DNA from: Candidatus Limnocylindrales bacterium
Lineage (GTDB): Bacteria > Moduliflexota > Moduliflexia > Moduliflexales > JAUQPW01
Direction of reading: 5' to 3'
Length of the DNA: 64,000 bases
Assembly: GCA_035559535.1 (NCBI GenBank)
Contig: DATMBG010000044.1
Coordinates: 1-64,000 of the forward strand
In this document: positions 59,401-64,000 of the stretch, one piece after another
How positions within the stretch are numbered: position 1 is the stretch's first letter
How the letters are laid out: every line of letters begins with the position of its first letter
Translations under genes and position numbers: made by a program
Notes under the pieces: generated by a model
What the model was told of the DNA's origin: nothing
What the model saw: only the letters and a program-made list of their open reading frames with translations
Databases searched by the model: none

Positions 59401-62400
59401 TTACCCCTTATCCTTTAAATGGGAGATACGTTCTTTGGCCTTTTGAATTAGTTCTTCATCCTCGGAAGAAGTAATAATCTTTTCGTAGAGCTTGAGGGCA
59501 TCGGTTTCTTTACCCAATTCTTCATTGATCCTTGCAACCTGGAATTGGGCCTGGATCACCCAATTTTTATAAGAGGAGTACATATACATCACTTTAGAGA
59601 ATTCCCCCAGGGCTTTTTCAAGGTTACCCAAAGTTACATAACACTCTCCAGCTCTAAACAGAGCCTCCACTACCAGATCACTATCCCATCGGCTCTCTTC
59701 AACTTTTTCAAAAGCATTGACGGCCTCTGAGCATTTACCCAGCCGGGTGAGGGCATATCCCAATCTCAAATTGGTTTCGACATAAGTGGGATCTTGGGGA
59801 TATTCCTCCGCGGCTCTCCGAAGGATCTCGGCAGCTTCCTGATATCGTTCGGTTTTGATTAACGACGTACCCCAACTTAATAAGACCTGGGGAGCTAACT
59901 TATATTTTGGAGCTTCCGATAAGACCTTCTGATACAGCTCAGCAGCTTTTGTGTAATCGGATAACTTAAAGTAAGAAGTTGCAGCGCCATACAAAGCATC
60001 GGCCCGGTACTCACTTTGGGGATACTGCTGAATCAATTTCTGAAATTCTTGAACTGCATTTTGATAATCATTCAGTTTAAAATAACACCAACCTATCCGG
60101 TATTGAGCATCATCCGCCCATTGGCTTTGACCGTATTTTTCGACAACCTGGCGATAAGCCTGCAAGGCCGAGGAATAATCTTCTTTCTGTAAATACTGTT
60201 CTCCCAATTGATATTGAACTGAAGCACTGAGAGGTTGATCGGGATATTTTTGCAGGAACTTTTGGGATGCCTCTATATAAGCATTCAGATCGCCCATTTT
60301 ATAGTAGGTCAGTCCCAATCCATATTGGGCATCTATAGCTTCTGGGCTATCTGGAGCCGTTTCTATGATCCTTTGGTAATATTTCACGGCCTCTGCATAC
60401 TCCTCCAGGTTATAATACGCATCGGCTATCTTTAAGAGAGAATTAGGTACCAACTCGCTCTGGGGATACTGATCCACCAGAGTTTGAAAAGAAGAAATAG
60501 CCTGACGAAAATTCCCCTTTCTAAAGTGAACCCATCCTAAAAGATTATAAGCATCGTCGACAAGATCGTCTTTGGAATGTTCCTGGATAAGCTGAGTGAG
60601 GGGGATAATGGCCCGATCATACTCTTCGTTTTTATAAAAGGCATAGCCCATTCGGTAAAGAGCACTTCCTGCCAGGGGATTTTGAGGGTATAAGTCCAAT
60701 GCTTTTTGATAACTCTGGATAGCCTGGGAATACTGATTCCGGTTAAAGTAGGCATCTCCCATACGGAACAAGGATTCTGCTGCAAACTCACTATCTTTAT
60801 ATTGGGTAAAAACCTTTTCAAATTCTATTAGAGCCTGGTCCCACTTCTCTTGTTTATAGTAAGACCAGGCAATACCATACTGAGCCGCCGCTGCCAGTGA
60901 GCTTTGGGGAAATTTGGTCAACAGGGTTTGATAAGCTTTTAAAGCTTCCGGGTATTTTTTCTGATTAAAGTAAGTCTCTCCAAGCCAATAATAAATTCGA
61001 TCAGCATAACCGGGTTCAAGCGTATCCGGAGAAGCCGCTAATTGAGATAATTCCTGGGCAGCTTTATCATAGTCTTTAAGATAAAAGTAAACCAGGCCTA
61101 TTCGGAACAGCGTGTCCTGCTTCATTTTCTTATCCGGTTTAAGATCCAGGACTTTTTGATAGTAGGTTAATGCTTTTTGATACTCGTTTAAATTAAAAAG
61201 GCTTTCTCCGCTCATAAAATAAACAGAAGGAAGGTAAGAACTATTGGGGTAGAGGCTGGCCAGCTTCTGATAACCTTCCAGAGCTCGGGAGTAGTCCTTC
61301 TCCTGGAAATAAATCTGGCTTAATTGAAACTGAGCTTCTTCAGCATAGGAAGAGTTCGGGTATTGGGCAAGTAACTGATTTAAGGTTTTAATTGCCTCAG
61401 GAGTTTTCCCCATTTCGGCCTGTAAACTCCCTATTTGATAGAGGGTTGAGGGAATCAGCTCACTTTGAGGGAATTGACTCAGCAGTTCTTCAAAGGTAGA
61501 AAGGGCAGGCTCCAGTTTCTTCAAATTTAAATAACTCCACCCAATTCCATAGAGGGCGTTATCCTGGAAGTCTGACGACGCGGTGGGGGTTGATAGAAAC
61601 CGTTTATAGGACTCGATGGCACGGTTGAAATCATTGAGATGGTAATAACTTTCTGCCAGCCAGAATGAGGCTTCACCTACATATTTATCTGAAGGGTAAT
61701 TTTGAAGGTACTTTTCGTACGCTTCCGCAGCTTCCCGATACTGACCTGAATAAAATAGACTTTTGGCGATATTATAACTGGATGAAGGAACTAATTTGCT
61801 ATGGGGAAATTTAGACAGAACCGTTCGAAAGTAGGTCAATGCCCCAGGGTAATCTTTAAGTTCCAGGCGACACCAGGCCAAGGAGTAATAAGCATAATCC
61901 CCTAATTCATGGTCGGGGAAGCTATCTACAAATTTTTTAAAAACATCCGATGCCTCCTGAAATTTGCCTTGCTTAAAGAGAGATTCCCCAAGCCAATAAG
62001 AAGCGTCTTTCTTTTTTTCACTTTGAGGGTAGGCCTCTAGGAGGCGTTGAAAGGTCGAAGCAGCCCCGGCATAATCTTCCAAAAGAAATTGAGACCGACC
62101 CAGTTTGTATAACGCCTGATCGGGGATATGGATGGCAGGATCCATTTTTTGCTTACTACTTTCAGCTTTCTGAAAACCTGCAAGGGCGGCTTGATAGGCT
62201 TTGATGGCTTCTGAATATCGTTTTTGAGCAAAATCACATTCCCCCATAAGAAATTGAACATAAGGGGCCCGAGGACTTTTAGGAAATTTATTTAAAAATT
62301 TTTGAGCCTGATCTTTTGCAGAATCGAAAAGACCGTCTTTATAAAGACCGCCCAGAATGGTATAAACTTCATCTTCGGTTTCAGCGGCCCATACGCTAAC

Positions 62401-62451
62401 ACTCAAAAAAAGGAAAAAGAGAATACCTCCTAGGACTTTACCGGATGTCAT
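59401..62451 (-). CDS. Large exported TPR protein
   Basis: Signal VWA-A; roughly two dozen TPRs with (Y/F)PxS turns. Confidence 0.9.
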   Translation of the reverse strand: MTSGKVLGGILFFLFLSVSVWAAETEDEVYTILGGLYKDGLFDSAKDQAQKFLNKFPKSPRAPYVQFLMGECDFAQKRYSEAIKAYQAALAGFQKAESSKQKMDPAIHIPDQALYKLGRSQFLLEDYAGAASTFQRLLEAYPQSEKKKDASYWLGESLFKQGKFQEASDVFKKFVDSFPDHELGDYAYYSLAWCRLELKDYPGALTYFRTVLSKFPHSKLVPSSSYNIAKSLFYSGQYREAAEAYEKYLQNYPSDKYVGEASFWLAESYYHLNDFNRAIESYKRFLSTPTASSDFQDNALYGIGWSYLNLKKLEPALSTFEELLSQFPQSELIPSTLYQIGSLQAEMGKTPEAIKTLNQLLAQYPNSSYAEEAQFQLSQIYFQEKDYSRALEGYQKLASLYPNSSYLPSVYFMSGESLFNLNEYQKALTYYQKVLDLKPDKKMKQDTLFRIGLVYFYLKDYDKAAQELSQLAASPDTLEPGYADRIYYWLGETYFNQKKYPEALKAYQTLLTKFPQSSLAAAAQYGIAWSYYKQEKWDQALIEFEKVFTQYKDSEFAAESLFRMGDAYFNRNQYSQAIQSYQKALDLYPQNPLAGSALYRMGYAFYKNEEYDRAIIPLTQLIQEHSKDDLVDDAYNLLGWVHFRKGNFRQAISSFQTLVDQYPQSELVPNSLLKIADAYYNLEEYAEAVKYYQRIIETAPDSPEAIDAQYGLGLTYYKMGDLNAYIEASQKFLQKYPDQPLSASVQYQLGEQYLQKEDYSSALQAYRQVVEKYGQSQWADDAQYRIGWCYFKLNDYQNAVQEFQKLIQQYPQSEYRADALYGAATSYFKLSDYTKAAELYQKVLSEAPKYKLAPQVLLSWGTSLIKTERYQEAAEILRRAAEEYPQDPTYVETNLRLGYALTRLGKCSEAVNAFEKVEESRWDSDLVVEALFRAGECYVTLGNLEKALGEFSKVMYMYSSYKNWVIQAQFQVARINEELGKETDALKLYEKIITSSEDEELIQKAKERISHLKDKG

Positions 62452-62452
62452 A

Positions 62453-63217
62453 TTATTCTAGAATATCCAGATACCGCCGCGCATTGTTAGCCAGCTCACT
62501 TCCCTCGGGAGCCAATTTTAAAACCTCTTTAAATTGTTTAATAGCTTCTTCTCTTTCACCCAATTTCATATAAGCAAGTCCCAGATTGGAGTAGGGTTCC
62601 ACGTAATTGGGATTGATCTCAACGGCCCGTTTAAATTTCTTGATGGCTTCATGGACCCGATTAAGACGAAAAAGAGCCACCCCATATTTATTCACGGCCC
62701 AATCAAAATCCGGGTAAAGATTGGTCGCGATCCGAAATTCTTCCAAAGCTTCCACCAAATCTCCTTTTTCCAATAAGGCATATCCGATATTGTAATGAGC
62801 CAGGGCCGGGGTTCGATATAGTGGATCACTTAGAGCAATGCGATACTCTTTAATAGCCCGGTCCCACATTCCCATTCGGGAATAGGCGGCACCTAAATTA
62901 TTATGGGCTTCTACAAAATCCCCATTCAACTGGATCGCTTTCTGAAAATTCTGCGCTGCGGTATCAAATTTCTCTTCTCCAAAATAAACAAGACCTATAG
63001 CATTATAGATCTTGGGGTCGTGGGGATAAAGCGTTTTAGCTTTTTCTAAAGCGGCCAGGGCGTCTATCAGTTTTCCCCGATTCAGCAAAGATACCCCTAA
63101 ATCGTAGTGCGCCTCGGCCTGTGCTCGTTGTTCTTCGACTTTTATTTGAGAGGCACAGCCTGTTATGATCAACGTTACAAAAATAGCCGGATAAACTACT
63201 AAAACTTTAACGATCAT
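62453..63217 (-). CDS. TPR lipoprotein (PilF/PilW/Tgl-like)
   Basis: Lipobox ITGC; AHNNLG, ALSDPLYRTP. Confidence 0.8.
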   Translation of the reverse strand: MIVKVLVVYPAIFVTLIITGCASQIKVEEQRAQAEAHYDLGVSLLNRGKLIDALAALEKAKTLYPHDPKIYNAIGLVYFGEEKFDTAAQNFQKAIQLNGDFVEAHNNLGAAYSRMGMWDRAIKEYRIALSDPLYRTPALAHYNIGYALLEKGDLVEALEEFRIATNLYPDFDWAVNKYGVALFRLNRVHEAIKKFKRAVEINPNYVEPYSNLGLAYMKLGEREEAIKQFKEVLKLAPEGSELANNARRYLDILE

Positions 63218-63493
63218 CCTAACCCTCCTCTCACAGTACTATACCGTCTAAACGCGCTACATTAATACTCTTACAGCCCTTACCTTAATTTTTACAGAAC
63301 TCAACCGAATTTGTCAATAAAGTTTGTTGATAAATTTATCCCTTTTGGTTTAAAGCTTGCATATCTGATCTGGTCTAGATTTACTCGCCTTTGTGATCTT
63401 GACAAATCTTGACAAGGGTGAATCTCTTGAAGTAAGAATATTAAGAACCAGGCAAATACGTCAACGGCTTTTTGGACAGGATTGGACTTCTTT

Positions 63494-63635
63494 ATGGAGT
63501 TAACAAAGCTTTTGAAGGAACTGAAAGAGGCCTTGTACCAAATCTACCGGAAAACTTTTGTGGTGTTTACCTCCATGGCTCTTATGCCAGGCAAGGGGAG
63601 GACCTGGAATCGGATATAAAGTTGCCATTGTCTAA
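63494..63635 (+). pseudogene. Frameshifted minimal nucleotidyltransferase (MNT) remnant
   Basis: MELTKLLKELKEALYQIY, then in another frame GVYLHGSYARQGEDLESDI (GS..R..SDxD decayed). Confidence 0.6.
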
Positions 63636-63725
63636 CCAGAGATGAGAAAAACCAGACGCATTTTCCTTGACGTTTTGACCTGCTGCCTGTATGTTAAGTA
63701 AGCGTTTAGTTGTGGGGGAGCCCTT

Positions 63726-64000
63726 ATGAATACTCCAAAGAGAGCCCTTATTAGTGTTTCCAATAAACAAGGAATTGTAGAGTTTGCTCAAGCCCTTGAT
63801 CAAATGGGATTTGACTTGATTTCTACAGGCGGAACGGCCACGCTGTTGTCAGAGTTCGGGCTTTCCGTGAAGCGGGTCTCGGATTTAACCCATTTTCCGG
63901 AAATCTTGAATGGCAGAGTTAAAACACTTCATCCTATGATCCACGGGGGGATTCTGGCGAACCTGGAAGACCCTCAGCATGTTAAGGAAATCTCGGAGCA
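63726..64000 (+). CDS. purH: Bifunctional AICAR transformylase/IMP cyclohydrolase, 3'-partial
   Basis: [36 protein letters not shown]; absent from the ORF track. Confidence 0.9.
   Translation, partial: MNTPKRALISVSNKQGIVEFAQALDQMGFDLISTGGTATLLSEFGLSVKRVSDLTHFPEILNGRVKTLHPMIHGGILANLEDPQHVKEISE

Noticed and set aside
63230-63725. ZTP riboswitch before purH
   Set aside because: Conserved ZTP motifs not seen; the region holds promoter-like boxes and an MNT remnant.

Overview
Bacterial chromosomal window with about 50 protein-coding genes. I found no rRNA, tRNA, CRISPR array, prophage or intact transposase. In order: the 3' end of an acyl-CoA synthetase/GNAT fusion; an OsmC-family gene whose second catalytic Cys codon is an in-frame TGA followed by a SECIS-like hairpin (probable selenoprotein, cut short in the ORF track); a GC-shifted patch of acquired or decayed genes with integron attC-like sites; a nucleoside hydrolase/deaminase/SDR run and a BMP-type nucleoside ABC transporter; envelope genes; a 10-gene polysaccharide cluster converging on a large secreted DUF5060/DUF4038-like glycoside hydrolase; an acyl-CoA ligase behind three apparently exported proteins including a formamidase; a hybrid histidine kinase; Rid, D-aminoacylase and ABC-2 exporter genes; YgfZ-, CbiX- and Trm112-like genes; TPR proteins; and the 5' end of purH. 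Intergenic DNA and some reading frames carry several palindromic repeat families (REP-like 28-mers, heptamer/octamer hairpins, TGT...ACA MITE-like elements). All product calls come from reading motifs by eye; no database search was run.
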